Source: Callorhinchus milii
Lineage: Eukaryota
Length of the DNA stretch: 64,000 nucleotides
Assembly (NCBI RefSeq): GCF_018977255.1
Contig: NW_024704742.1
Coordinates: 97,962,001-98,026,000, forward strand
Reading direction: 5' to 3'
The notes under the pieces were generated by a model. That model ran no database searches. It was not told the origin of the DNA and saw only the letters and a list, made by a program, of their open reading frames with translations. Position 1 is the stretch's first letter; each line of letters opens with the position of its first letter. Position numbers and translations under genes: made by a program. Shown in pieces: positions 12,265 to 26,400 of the stretch.

Positions 12265-14408
12265 ATTCCAAGAAGGGTATGAAGAACAGCTCTGGGGTTC
12301 CATACATTCCTTAAATTAGTATTCATTATTCAAAATGCACAGAAAAAAATCAGACAGAAATTTGACAGAAAAAGTAATTTCAAAAGCTGCAAAGGACATT
12401 TAGTATGCAAATATATATATATTTTAGAAGTTATTCATCTTTCCAAAAATATTAGTTACACTGCAGCAATAATTTACAGAGTTGCATTATCAAATGCATT
12501 GGTCAAGCAGAAGTGAAAGTTCAGAGTATGAACAATTTTCCCAAATTCAACTACTTTTGCAGCAGTTAAGATCATGAATTGATAATTTTTCTGTTGTTCT
12601 TAATCTAGATAAATGATACAAACTTAGCAGTTCCACTGATTTGATTAAATGGCATGTTAATTTAAGTAAAAAAAATGTTTATTGCATGATTTAATCATTG
12701 GAACTCAAAGTTGATATGCACTATATTTTTTAAATTCTCAGCCCACGTAGTGAAGCTAAGAAGATTGCATGCTTCAAATCTTTGCTGGGCATTTGGAGAG
12801 AGCTTACCTGCAGTAGTTAGAGAGAAACTAGCAGAGGTTTGGTAGCATATCATGTGGCCTACTCTCTTCATTGAAAAATGGCCAGAGTGAGGAGAGGGGA
12901 AGACGACATGAACTATTTTCAAATAGAGGGTGTGGAGGAGGGGGACATTTTTAAAAATAATAACTTCTTAAAAAACATGAAATAGCAAAGCTTGTGACTT
13001 GTGCTGCTACAGTGGATGTCTAGCATGGCCAGCAAGAGAAAGGCCAGACAGGCACATCATTCAAAATTCAGACTATTACCATGAGCTCAGTTTACTTGCT
13101 GATCTCCACATATGCAAATGTGAGCACTTCACAGTTCAAGATATTTGAGGATTTGCTTGACTACCTTACTGTGAACAAAAACTTGTTGTGAAATAACTAC
13201 TTAATGGGACTAAGAATGGCAATGTGACCCAGTCAATTAAAAGAAACAATTTTTCCTCATTTTTAATCAGGTATTTTGGTTTCTGCTATAAAGGTGTTTG
13301 GTCAGAATGTACAGTAAAATCCCAGTCAATCCAAAGGTAAATAAACCCTAATAATTCACTGTCCACTAATTTGAGAATCCTCTCAGCTCAGATCAAGTAC
13401 TCAAGCAACTTCAAGACCAAACCCTCTGATACTAAATTCTCACCTAGTCTGTATCCAGTAAGAAAGTTCTCTCAGGACTTCAATTCTTTACAGTAGGTTG
13501 CATGAGTAGTAACACTTCCACAAGGCACCCAAACATGATAGAATTAAGGCAGTACAAAAACGGTTTGTATATCTCATTGTCACGTTGTTGTGATTCGTAA
13601 ATTTTGCATCATACTGGAACATGATGGATCCCGTTGCCTGAAAGATTCAGTTCATAATAACTTTGTAAAAGTTCTGTTACATAAATAATCAAGAAGTTTA
13701 TGCGACTTGCCACTGAGACGACAAAGTCGTTTGGGCTTGGAGGACAATAAATGTTCACTTTGGTTTGTCTCGTTAGCTAAACGAGGACCGAGCTCAGACT
13801 GCATGGCAATGACTGTACAAACCCCGGAAAGAGTGAAATGCAGACTCCCATAACAGATTGCTCAAATACTGTATATTGAAACACCAGCTTTGGTGGAAAA
13901 GAGATTTTTTATAAAATTATTCTTAAACACTGTAGTCAGATTAGAAGCAATTTATTGTGATTGCCCGATTGCATATATTACACTTGGAAGTGTCCTCCAG
14001 TCAGATTATTTCCAGTAATGGAGATAATTTTTTGTTTAAAAAAGAAACAAATTCAAGTTACCCAGCTTGACAGGTTTCAATTTTATGATAGGCAGTTTTA
14101 AAAGTTGAAAGTATGCTTTCAACTGATCCAATTGGCATCAACTTAATATAATACAAAGCATATTTTTCAATTGTAAGATTGCAAGGCCAAACAACACATT
14201 TTTATTTATGTTTGGTCACCATAAACAGTGAAACAGAAACCAGATACACAACAAATAAATGCCAAGGTTCTGGACTATCACAATCCTGCAATGCATTAGT
14301 GAAATGCATAAATATTCTTTTACAGTTAAAGGACACTTCAAGCAAAATGGAGATAAAAAAATCCAGGGGAATGTTGTCATTACATTTTTTTGCAAAAAGA
14401 TAGACAAC
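12240..14408 (-). other. OSTF1: Probable OSTF1 3' UTR (about 2.1 kb)
   Basis: Largely repeat-free AT-rich stretch after the stop codon, ending at a candidate poly(A) signal. Confidence 0.55.
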
Positions 14409-14467
14409 TTAGTCTGAGTCTTCATCGTCAAGGTATTCCTCTGCATTACTTGCAGTCCTTATGATTT
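14409..14467 (-). CDS. OSTF1: OSTF1 terminal coding exon ([18 protein letters not shown])
   Basis: TTTCAG acceptor, acidic C-terminus [11 protein letters not shown] stop at 14411-14409. Confidence 0.95.
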
Positions 14468-17400
14468 CTGAAATGAAAACAAGAATCATTTTAAATTGCA
14501 GGCTCACAGATGCAGATGCTCATAGTACATGTGGAGTCCTAGTGGTTAGAGGCCTCACCTCGCAAGCGAGAGAACATAAAGAATGCTAGACAAAAAAAGA
14601 TCAAGGTCCATCTAGTTCGCCTTCCGCCTTCCTGGCAGTTGCATACACATATGTCCTGAGCTACCTATGTATGTACTACGTCCCATAACATTATTTCCTA
14701 AAAGAAAACTATCTAATCTGTGTTTGAAAGAACAAAACTTCCTGCTTCAACTATCTCCCTCGGGAGTCTGTTCGACAGCTTCACTATACGCTCACTAAAA
14801 CAGTGTTTGTGTAGATCTGTTCTGAATTTACCCCCTTCAATTGCAGGCCGTGTCCTCTGGTTTTACTAATAAAAGGACCTGGGTTTGTTCCCGGCAGGGT
14901 GAAATGTTAGGCAAGTTTCCTTACTCCACACGCCTGTGTTTACCTGGCAGCAAGTAGGAACCTATTCCGAGTGGGGGGGGGGAGAGAAGGGGTAATCCCT
15001 TTAAAAAAATAAATTAATTAATAATAATTTGGTCGTTCAATCCATGACTGTTTGTGGGACACTGCTGTGCGCAATTGGCTGCCACATTTCACCGACACAA
15101 TATACAGTCAATTCACTTAACAGTATATTCTGTGAAGTGCTTTGAGACGTCTCAAGGACGTGATAAGGTGCTTTATCAAATTCAAGGATTATTCTTATTC
15201 TTATGTGAATTGAAAAGTTGGAGCATAAAAGGACACTTCCCTCTGGTAAAGGAAGGCAAAACATGGAAACATCATCTGAAAATTAGAATGCAGTGCCTCA
15301 GGATACAGATAAATAGATTTTGATGTTTAAAAGGTAAACAGAGACTTGAGAAGTGGGATATGGTGGAGAAATGGCAAAACAGGCTCGATGAATTAAATGG
15401 CCTTCTCTTCCTCCTAGATTTCTACAATATAAGGCACTATATGAAATAGAAATATTATAGGATCCACTAGGAATGATGAAAACGACAGTTTATTTTGTTA
15501 AATCAACAGTAAATCTGAACTACAAGCATAGAAGATGATACAATAATAATAATCCTTGCATTTGATGCAGAGCCTTTCACGTCTTCTAGACATCTCAGAG
15601 TACATCACATAATATACTATAAAGTGAATTGACTGTATATTTGTGGGTGAAATGCAGCAGTCAATTGTGTACAGCAGTGTCCCACAAACAGTCGTGGATT
15701 GAGTTACCAAATTATTATTTTTTTTTAATTAAGGCAGTTCAGGTGGTTGCATTTCTGATGAATGACATGAGTCTAGACTCAAAATCCTTTAAAGTCACTT
15801 TTGAAGCTCAAACCAGGCTCCCAGTGCTATCCAAAGCATGTCACACTTTAACACGACTTTGCCTATCACAGTCGTCTTTTAATTTACTGCAATAGCCAAA
15901 ATCATGTTTTGGGGAATTTCGGCTTGTTCCTCCATGCTTAAAAGCTTAGAAGTAATTTTAAACAGAAATTAGGCTTAGATTTTATGCTCAAAAATATGCA
16001 TAGAATCTTACAGCACAGGAGGAGGCTATTCGGCCCATCGTGTCTGTGCCAGCTCTTTGAAAAGAGCATCCAAATCAACCCCACTCCCTCCCCATAGCCC
16101 TGCAAACTTGTTGTCCTCAAATAATCATCTACTTCTCTCTCAAAAGTTGTTGTCGAATCGGATTCTACCACACTTTCAGGCAACGTATTCCAGATCCGAA
16201 CAACTCGCTCTGTGAAACAATTTCTCCTCACCTCACCTGTTTCTTTTAACAACTATTTTAAATCGGTGACCTCGGGTTACAGGCACTGCGGGAACTGGTC
16301 TGCGGGCCATAGTTTGGCCAGAATTTATCAAAACTGCACTAAGCTGGGAGTGGGCCAAGGGGTAAAAAAAACAGCCGAAAGGAGAGCAGTCAAAGAGGAA
16401 GGTCTCGAGTTTCAGAGGATGGGGACAGACATATACTGATCAAAATCTGAAACTGCAATTGTTTTTCCAGACAAATACTGACAGAAAAGTGCATTACTTT
16501 TTACTTTAAAAAAGTACAACATGCCTGCCATGCTAATTTTACAGAGCCTTTTAAAAGAAGAAAATTTCCTTTACTCACAATAAAGCGGACTATGAAAATA
16601 CCATTGCAAACTTTAACGATACCAAAATTTGAGAGTGCTGTAAAATACACAGGAGTTTTACAAATTATGCAATGTGGTCAAAATGGTTGTTTTCATTTGG
16701 AATGATTAATTACACCATCAATTTATTGAGTCTATAAAATCAATCCCGCACAAAATAAATTAGAAATCCAAATGGTTTGAAATGCAAGGCACAGCACTGT
16801 GTGAAAGATCAGGTGCACTGAGAAATTAACTCAAATTGATTTCTGTTAATGTACGCCTAGAGCAAAGAAGGCCTTTCATATTCGTTAAGTATACAACCTG
16901 CCTGGATTTGGGGGGAAGAAATTGGTAAACATCAATTTTTTTTACGTAATGTTTCACAATCCGACACAAATACATTTTCATTGGTTAAAAATTGTTTTCA
17001 TATGATGTCCAAAGGACAAGAATTGAGAAAAAAATGTTAATTAAAACACAAGTAGAGCCCTAGAAACAGCATGCAGTGGGTTCAACAGATGTCTGAAGCA
17101 TGCACGTTTTATATAGGCAATAAATGTGGATAAAGTATTACGAATGATTTGTCCTCCATGTGCAAAAATTGTTAAAAAAAATCCAACGAAAGTCAGAAAA
17201 CGTAAAAGCCAATTTTTACGAGCCTTACATATTGCCAGATTCTGGTGCCTGAAGGAAAACGACATGAGGTGTGTGACAAAAGGAAACTACCAAACAAAGA
17301 CATGATGGCTTTTTAAAAAAAGTACAGATGCTAAACATGACAGATGTAAATATTTTATGATTGAAAAAGAACTGACAGTTTTTAAAGTCAGTTTTTTTCA

Positions 17401-20400
17401 AAAATGAATGAAACAGCTTTGTGCTTTTCCACTTTGGAGCTATTCTGGTCCTCAGAATTTTCACTGGAAAATTGAAATAACATTTTTGCACCGCAGCCAA
17501 AAATACATTAATAATTTAGTTTGTTTTTGATGAGACAGAGGCAAAATGTTTCTCAAACAAATTTCAATTCCACCCCTCTACCCCACTTCTTTAATAAAAT
17601 ATTTATTTTCTTCTTTGCACTGTGACATGTACTCTTTTCCAGGTGAGAGGATGCTCATGGTATCAGTCCTCAATCCTCTGCGAGCATTAATCTCTTTCAC
17701 CATGCTTTTAGTCAATAACCTCAAATTTCCCATCCTTCTTTTCTCCTCACATGATCGTCCCCATAGTCTTTGTGATGCACTTTGAGAAGTTTGAAAGATG
17801 TAGTGTAAGTGCAATGTATAAGTCCACTGGGAAACATTGCACAAGAAGCTCCCAAAAGAAGAACAACCCCAATTTTCCCTCCCATGTTGCAGAAAAAAAA
17901 GTAACCTTGATACAATATCTTTCTCTCGATGAAATGGCCAACAGGAAATGAGAACATAGTCAAAACTTCCTTCTGCTGTTTAACACAGGCTAAACCTGAA
18001 CCAGTACTGATGGTGAAGTGATGAACTCTTTATATCCAAAACAGATCCAAGAATAGAACAAGCTATGGAACATCATGGACAATAACAATACCCAAAGCAG
18101 ATATGGGACTAATGAAAAAAAACACTACTTCATAGTGCAACTTAAGTGTTTTCCTATGCTGTGCCGTTTCTCAATCGACAAAAACCTTTGAACAAGCCTA
18201 ATGATTCTGCAACTTCTCAGTGACTTCCACTATGTTTGAAAATTATTCCTATAAACCACAATGTAGATAAGAGTTATGCAGAGAACACAAGAGATTTATT
18301 GGTCAGGGGTTTAAAATACTTTCACAGACAAAGCACTAGACACATGATCAGAACTGATAGTCTGGTCTGTACTCTGTACTTAAACACTGGCGAAAAGATG
18401 GTGTTGAGTGCTTCAATTATATCAAATTCATTTAAATTAATTTCCCATTGTTAATGTACAACACCATGTGGTACATGGATTCATAGAACGAGATTGTCAC
18501 AAGTGTTAAAATACATTTAAAAGGACCACAAATTTAAAAATTACATTAATTTCCTCGTGGGAGAAAGCACGAGAACTCCAGAACTCTGCAGCTCTGGTTT
18601 GCCCCATGTCCTCCGCCTGCCCACCATCCGCGGTTGGGCCTTCAGCCCTTCTGCCCCCACCCTAAGGAACTCCATCCCACAGTCCCTTCACCTCGCTCCC
18701 TTGCCTCCTTCATCTCAAAACCCTCCGCTTCACCAAGATTACATTTGTGCAAAGAGCATACGTGATTTCTCCTGGGCAATATCCCTCCCTCATTTAAATC
18801 TTCTAAAATACCAGACTAAATTTGGGTCATTCATTCATTATAATGCTTTTAGTGGTATGTTGCTGGTGCAGATTGGCTGCCACTTAGGCCAACACAACAG
18901 TTATTGTGCTTCAAATTAGCTAGTAGTGTGAAACACAGAGATATTCTGACGTGACAAGGTGCTAGAACAAATAATCTTTACATTTGACAATGATATAATA
19001 GATATAAATAATAATAAATTTGGTCACTTCAATCCACGACTGTTTGTGGGACACTGCTGTTCGCAATTGGCCACAAAATATACAGTCAATTCACTTTACA
19101 GTATATTCTGTGAAGTGCTTTGAGACTCCTCGAAGACATGATAAGGCGCTATATCAAATGCAAGGATTATTATTTACGATATAATGCTTTTCCCATCATG
19201 AGGACGTCCCAAAGTGCTTCATAGGATTTACTGTGAAGTGTAGTTACAGTGTAATTTGTAGACAAACACAGTAGCCAATTTGCACACAATTGCATGAACA
19301 GCCATGAAATGAACAATTTTAACTAGGAGATTATTAGCCGGATCACTGAGAGAAATTCAATTCTCTTTTGAAATAGTACCGTAGGATCTTTAACAACCAC
19401 TTAGAAGGCTAGCCAAGATCCTGGTTTAACATCCCATCTGAATGATAGCACCTCTGACATGAAGCACTCCCCCAGCACTGTACTTGAGTCAGCCAAGCCT
19501 GGGTAAGTTCAAGGTCACAAAATGCATTAGAGTAGAAACAAAAATGATAGAATCAAACATACTGCATTAAAGAATGATCAAAACCTCCAACAAGGCTAAA
19601 CCTGCCTCAAGCATCCACAAAACAATCGTTTCCAATGCAGTTTAAAATATTAAAAGCCAATACATGTCAAAGTTTAATTCCAAAATAATCTGCTTCTAAC
19701 CCAACACTTAAAAGAAAAATGGATAAAACATTTGAAGAACAATTGAAAAAGACTGGGGGAGAGAGGAGGGAATTGGGATTTTAGTATTTTGCCCAGTGGA
19801 CCAGCTGGTACCAGTTTAGTTTGATAGACCAAATGTCCTCCTATGATGCACTTCGGTGATAAAGCACCACTGTTCAGGACAAAACAATTCTGCGAAATGG
19901 TTCTGTACTGCAGTGTTGTCTGGATGCAATCATTATTACAGTCTGAACAATGCTGCTTCCAGAATACAGCAGTCTAGAGTTCCAGACTAGCTGCTTCTTG
20001 ACAGCGCCAACCTTTCCAAAGCATACAAAAAATAAAGTATAATTCAACTTAACAAAACATTTCTATTACACGGTAGTTACTGATCTCCCAAACAGTTAAT
20101 TCACAAACATTTGCTGACAGCACCTTTCTCTGACAATAACCATTGCATTGCCTACATTAGTCTAGAGACACAATGAGTCATCCTTCCAATCAAATTAAAA
20201 GCTGTAAATATTTAATATAGGAAACATATCTACCCAACATTTATTCTTCATTTTAAAGCACTATAAAAATCCAGTGCTTAAGTCATGAATGCTATTGTGA
20301 CTCATAAGCTTGAGGCCTTGCTGAAAGTTGATTTCTACACCAACATGTACTAGTTCTGCGTGCAGTGAGTTTCTCCTTGATGTAAGCATTGTCCTGCCTT

Positions 20401-23400
20401 TCCTCTCCTGTTACCCCTCTTCACTCAACACACAAAACAGAAAGAAATAGAGGTTCAGAATCAGAGCAACGTTGGAACAAGATACAACCACTATAATTTC
20501 TGCAACACAAAGGGAATAGCTTACCAGAATCCTTGCTAAATAAAAAGTCCTGCTGCTGCAGCAACTGAACTTGTGCCCAGGAATGCATTATTTAAATCTT
20601 TGCAAATTAAAAATCCTACAACTATCCAATCACACATATGGTCTACAACTACTAAAGCAAACTAAAGAGGATTGATAACTATTTACACAACAAATCCCAG
20701 GCGAGCGAGTTCAGATGTCCAATTTGAAGACAGAATTATCACAATAAGACAATGACATTTCGGAACAGAGTCAACTTTTCATCTATACACAAGAACTGCA
20801 AATATGAAAATTCGAGTGTGACAGAGGCACCTCATGTGTGTCCAGAGTGACTTGCTACACTCCCAGTAGTCCAAGTTGATGTTTTAAGCAGTCAGTACAT
20901 CTAACTTCTAGTACTTACGTGACGTGGATTTCTGTTTAAGGAGAAAGGCACATTGTGCATTAGTTGCCATAGCGAAGGCCAGTTTTTTTTCATTGTTTAG
21001 CACGTCTGTTCTGCAACCTAGGGCAAGAAGAAAATTTTTACAATTGCCAGATTTGATAGCAGAAAACAGTACTTAATATACAGTCAAAAAACATTTTGCA
21101 TTTTATTTCCCATCATTATAATGCAAATGTAAAATGTTAATGGTAATTTTCTGCGATGCTCTCTGCATTTCGGTAAAATAAATGTTTCTGACTACAAATC
21201 TATTTGGGTAAATCACATCATTTATTTACACTAATGTGTTTATCAATAAACCTTACTTAACACAAGGAAATTTGTTTTAAAATTTACATTTTTTGGTTCA
21301 AAGAAATATAGCTAAACTCGCACAAGTTGTATCAGTCGGGATAATAACATTTAATACGACTTATGCGAAGTGCAAGTTACAGGCAAACTCCCATAAGTTA
21401 TATCAGTTAACTTAATAAAACTTTCGCAAAGTTAAGTTTCTCTTTTACGTTGCCACAATTGTGCTTTCAGAGCCAGTGCCTTAAAAAAATTACCACAGAT
21501 GTCCACTTGACATTCTTAAGCTTTCTTAAGTTGACCTTCTATTACACAGACATCCATTTGACATTCTTAAGCAAAGAATAAGTAGAGTACCTCAAGATAT
21601 CTTTGGGCTTTTATAATATAGAGCACCATGATAACAGGTTATGACCTTGTTTCCCTCACTTTAGTGTTTCAAATGCAGTAATGCGCATGCGATACTTCAT
21701 CAATGCAGTTGGTAATACAGTAGCAATAATTCGAGTTAGGATCCGATTTGCGTAGGATGTGGGATTATTTGAGACCAAGAAACCAATATGACGTAACTGT
21801 TTATTCGACTTGTAATTTAGAACTAGTACAAAGTTTTTTTTTCCATATTTACGTATACGATTTTCATGAGTTGACTTGTATTTAAGCATGATTCACTTTT
21901 GCCTAAACAGAACATCTACTCAAATGGCACCTTAAAAGGAAAAATTAGCCTGTTCAATACAACACTCCAATTAACAAGATATCTCCACTTCAAGCTATCA
22001 TTAGCACAATGACCTTTTACTGAACAGCACTTTAATCCATTATCAAAAAGCACTTACCTTGTTAGAAGTGCACAAATGAGCATATATTGACTAAATTAAG
22101 CATATGAAAGAGATCAGTTTGTAGAGCACATTGATGTGCTGCCTTTTTTCCTTCCGCTTTCATCCATTTTAAGAAACATAATTTCCTGATATTCCATCCA
22201 GAATAGGCAATGACATTTAAATGTCAGGCAAGATTTTTTCACAATTAAGTAAGTACTGTACTCCTAATTACAACTTTTAGCTGCTGCCATACATTTCTAA
22301 TGTTATCTTCCAGAAATAAACAGAGAAGTTTCCTCATAATCGTTTGCTAATGCTTCATTTACCGGAGCAGCAATCGCATTCGAAGAAAATAAAATAGCTT
22401 TGGCATTGCTTCAGCACTGCACTCAGTATCTGCTGGACCCTGATTTTCCATAGCAACACAGAGAGGGGCCGTTGAAAACAGTGGGTAAGACAACAATACA
22501 ACATTGTGTGAAAGCGCTATGTGTGTCATAAACTGGGCACTGAGACTTAAAATGCATTCCAGGGTGTGTGTGTGTGTGAGTGGGGGGGAGAGAAAGAAGG
22601 GATGGCGGACTAGTCACAATCAGAAACTTCAGTTATATTACTTTCATTAGAGAAAAAAAATCAGAACGCATACAACAGAATACAATTCATAATGCAAAAA
22701 AAATCAACAGGAATATTCCAATTCAAGTCTATAAAATTGGATTAATCCATACCACACGATGGACTCTCTTCACCAGTTATGTTTATAATTAGGTTCTGAG
22801 CTAGTATGTAATTTCAGTAGCTGAAATTGAGACAAAAGTAATTCTGGCCCCCTACATCTCTCAAACCATATCAAATTCCCTTAAATTTCATATATTAACA
22901 GACAGCTTTGTCCATTTACAAACATTTCATCACAATCAATTATTGTACATCTGAGAGGGATTCATCTTTAATCCGATAGCATCTTCCTCTCAGATTTTAC
23001 ATACTTATTAACATGTACCACTTTCACATTATGAGCTTGCCTGTCAAGTCAAGCTAGTTTCCACTGACAACTTGGAATGAAATTCACTCGATTTACACAG
23101 CAACAAATTACCCTTAGAATATCATTGGTCAAGTGTGAGATGATGCCGAATGCATCCCGCATGCCCCCAAAATATAGAATTTGCCTGCTCCTCACAATAT
23201 AATTTACAGAGCACCATTCACTTCCAAGTGAAGCTGAGCGAGAAAAATAAGTGTGGACATCAGGATTAATTTTGGGCAGGAGACAAGGATAAACAAGCAA
23301 AGTACCATCAGAAGATTCTGCAGGATTTTCCAATGAGTCTTACCTTTAGCAAGCAGCAGCTCTACAATATCTGCATATCCTTTCCACGCAGCAGCATGCA

Positions 23401-26400
23401 AGGCAGTGTCCCCCAGTTTATTCTGGTGAACAGAAGGGAACAACATTAACACCATCACGTACATTCTTTACCCTCCTGAACACATCATTGCTTGGATTGG
23501 TGGGATTATGATATCTCACCAATGCGCCAAGTAATTTTGCTGTCATTTGAAAGGTTGGGAAATCTTAAGGGGGGTGAACGTACAGAGAGATCTGGGTGTT
23601 CAAGTAAGCGAATCATTAAAGGTAGCGGGGCAGGTAGATAAGGCAGTAAAAAAGGCATTTGGTGTACTGAGCTTTATTAGTAGGGGCATAGAGTATAAGA
23701 GTAGGGGGTTATGGTTAATCTATACAAAACACTGGTTAGGCCTCAGCTGGAGTACTGCGTCCAGTTCTGGGCACCTTACTTCAGGAAGGACATTAAGGCA
23801 CTGGAAAGGGTGCAGAGGAGATTCACGAGAATGATACCAGGAATGGGGAACCTTAGCTATGAGGACAGGCTGGAAAAGTTAGGACTTTTCCCATTGGAGC
23901 AGAGGTTACGCGGGGACCTGACAGAGGTCTTCAAGATCATGAAAGGTTTCGACAGGTGAGATAAGGAAAAGCTGTTTCCGCTGGTAGGTGTGTCTGTGAC
24001 CCATGGTCACAGTCTTAAGATATCTACCAAAAGAAGCAGAGGGGAGGTTAGAAGAATTTTTTTCACTCAGCGAGTTGTTCGAATTTGGAATGTTCTGCCT
24101 GAAAGGGCAGTGAAGTCCGATTCGATAACAGCTTTTAAGAGAGAACTGGATAGGTATCTGGGGAAGACAGGTTTGCAGGGTTATGGGGAGAAAGCTGGTG
24201 ATTGCGGTTAGTGAAAGTGACTTGCTCTGTCAAAGAGCCGGCACAGACTCAATGGGTCGAATGGCCTCCTTCTGTGCTGTAACATTCTATGAATCTATGA
24301 AAGCATATGGTTTTGTACATTTGGACTTTGTTTCAGAAATAAAAAGCAAATAGCTAGCTAGTAGCGAGTGCGCGCATAGTGCATTACTCCAATGGTTCCA
24401 TTGCCCTTAAATCACTCATTTTAAATCAGCTTTCTCAACCAACGATTCATTCTGCTGGTTAGAGCAATTTCTCTTCATGAAAGTATTCAAGTATTGGCGG
24501 TCACTATGAATCATTTCCTGTGAAAAGCACATCCTTCATTTTATTTGAAGATGAATGTCAAGTCACTAAAGGCAGCCTCAGTTACACATTAAATTTAGGC
24601 CTGAATTCCACTCTTTAAACAGGATATATTGTGTCCAATTCTGGTCTCTACACTATAAGGATATAGCAACAATGGAAAGAGTACCTCTTAGGTTTACAAG
24701 AATGATAAGTTACTGCTATCAGGATAGATTGGATAGGTTAGGTATTTTTTCGCTAGAAGAGAGTTTAAGGGAGGATCCAACAGAAGCATTTCAAATTGTA
24801 AAGGGGTTCGATAAGGTTAACATAAATAAGCTGTTTTCACTGGTTGAGGCATCCATAACTAGGGGACACAGGTATAAGAGAGGGTCTAGGGGATCTAAAA
24901 GAGGATTTGGGAGGAATAACTTCACGTTCAAGGTAGTGAGATTGTGTAACTCGTGTCTGAAGCAGAGGTTGAATCAGATAGTGTTGATGTATTCAGGTAG
25001 AAGCTAGACTTTCACTTGAGGGAGAGGGGAATAGTAGGGTGTGAGAAGGACCAAGGAATGGGTGAAGACTCATGTAAATACGTACACACTGGCATGGACT
25101 GGTTGGGTCGAATGGCCTGTTTACGTGCTATACATTTTTGTCATCTTTGTAATCCACATTCACACCCTTTCCAACTTTCTCCCCTGGTCAGACTCCAGTC
25201 ACTTTTCTTCCACAATCTAAATCCTGCAATCCCCTCCCCACCAATGTCCGTATTTGCATTGCCTACAAAATGTCTGCTCCCCCTCTAACAAAGCTCTTAC
25301 TATCCACCATCTCATCCTGAATGAATACATCAATATTCACGGCCTCATGGAAACCTGGCTGTCCCCTGGTGATCCTGTCCCCCTCCCCGCATGGTTATAC
25401 ATCCCCCCTCCACCCCCATCCCAACTGATACGGCAGCAGGCTGGACTTCATTTCCCAAGCTTCTCTCAGTCTATTCCTCCTATTCCTCTGGCTCCTTCCC
25501 CTCTGAGCTCTTCACTCTGTATTATCCTTCAAAATCCTCCTCGTCTACTGCTCCCCCACCCCAAAGAATACATCTAGCTCCTTCCTCTCAGACATCTCTT
25601 CTCATCCCTCTGCTTCTGTCCTGAAAGCCTACACATAATGGGCAACTTAAACCTTAACCTTAACTCCCACTAACCCATCTCCTCTGATTTCACTGCCCCC
25701 CTCACCTCCCTCAACTTCACCTTCCACATAAACTCCCCAAACCACAATACTGGCCACTCCCTGGACCTGGTCATTACCCATGGGCTTAACATCTCTGATC
25801 TGTCCACCATGGACCAGCCATCTCTGAACACATCCTCATCATTCTCGCCTCTTGCATCCACCTGCCCTCCACTATTTTGTTTCCCCTAGAAAAAGCTCTC
25901 CCCCAGTCCCTTACAATTGCCCTCTCATCCTCGGACCTTCTCCGCTCTGGCTTTATACTTGCTGATTATACTTATACTCAATCTTGATGCAGCTATCCAG
26001 CTTCTAAACAATCATCTCTCCTCAACTTTCAATTCCACTGCCCCCCTAAAATCCAGGACACCCTCTCCCTCGGTATAACAGCATCCTACGCTCCCTTGAA
26101 TTGTGGAGTCCTGTAGCTTAGCGGTTAGAGCACTTGCTCGCAAGCAAGAGACCTGGGTTTGAGTCCCAGTGGGGCAAAATGTTGGGCAAGTTTCTTTACT
26201 CCACACATCTCTGTATACCTAGCAGTAAGTAGGAACCCGGTTGTTAGTCGTTTGGTTTTCCGGGTTAATAATTCCTCAAAAAAAAAACAGCAATAAATTG
26301 GTCACTTCAATCCATGACTGTTTGTGGGACACTGCTGTGCTCAATTGCCTGCTGCGTTTCACTCACAAATATACAGTCAATTCACTTTACAGTAAGTTGT

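Noticed and set aside
17578..17844. Possible alternative OSTF1 exon ([21 protein letters not shown]...)
   Set aside because: Resembles a decayed L2-type 3' end and lacks a convincing in-phase splice pair.
21352..21371. Resemblance of ACTTCGCATAA (minus strand) to bacterial XerC/dif or loxP arms
   Set aside because: No partner arm at the proper spacing, no recombinase gene, vertebrate intron; an 11-nt match is not sufficient evidence.
26103..26175. tRNA gene
   Set aside because: It is the tRNA-derived head of a SINE that continues into a multi-copy body and tail; no intact cloverleaf.
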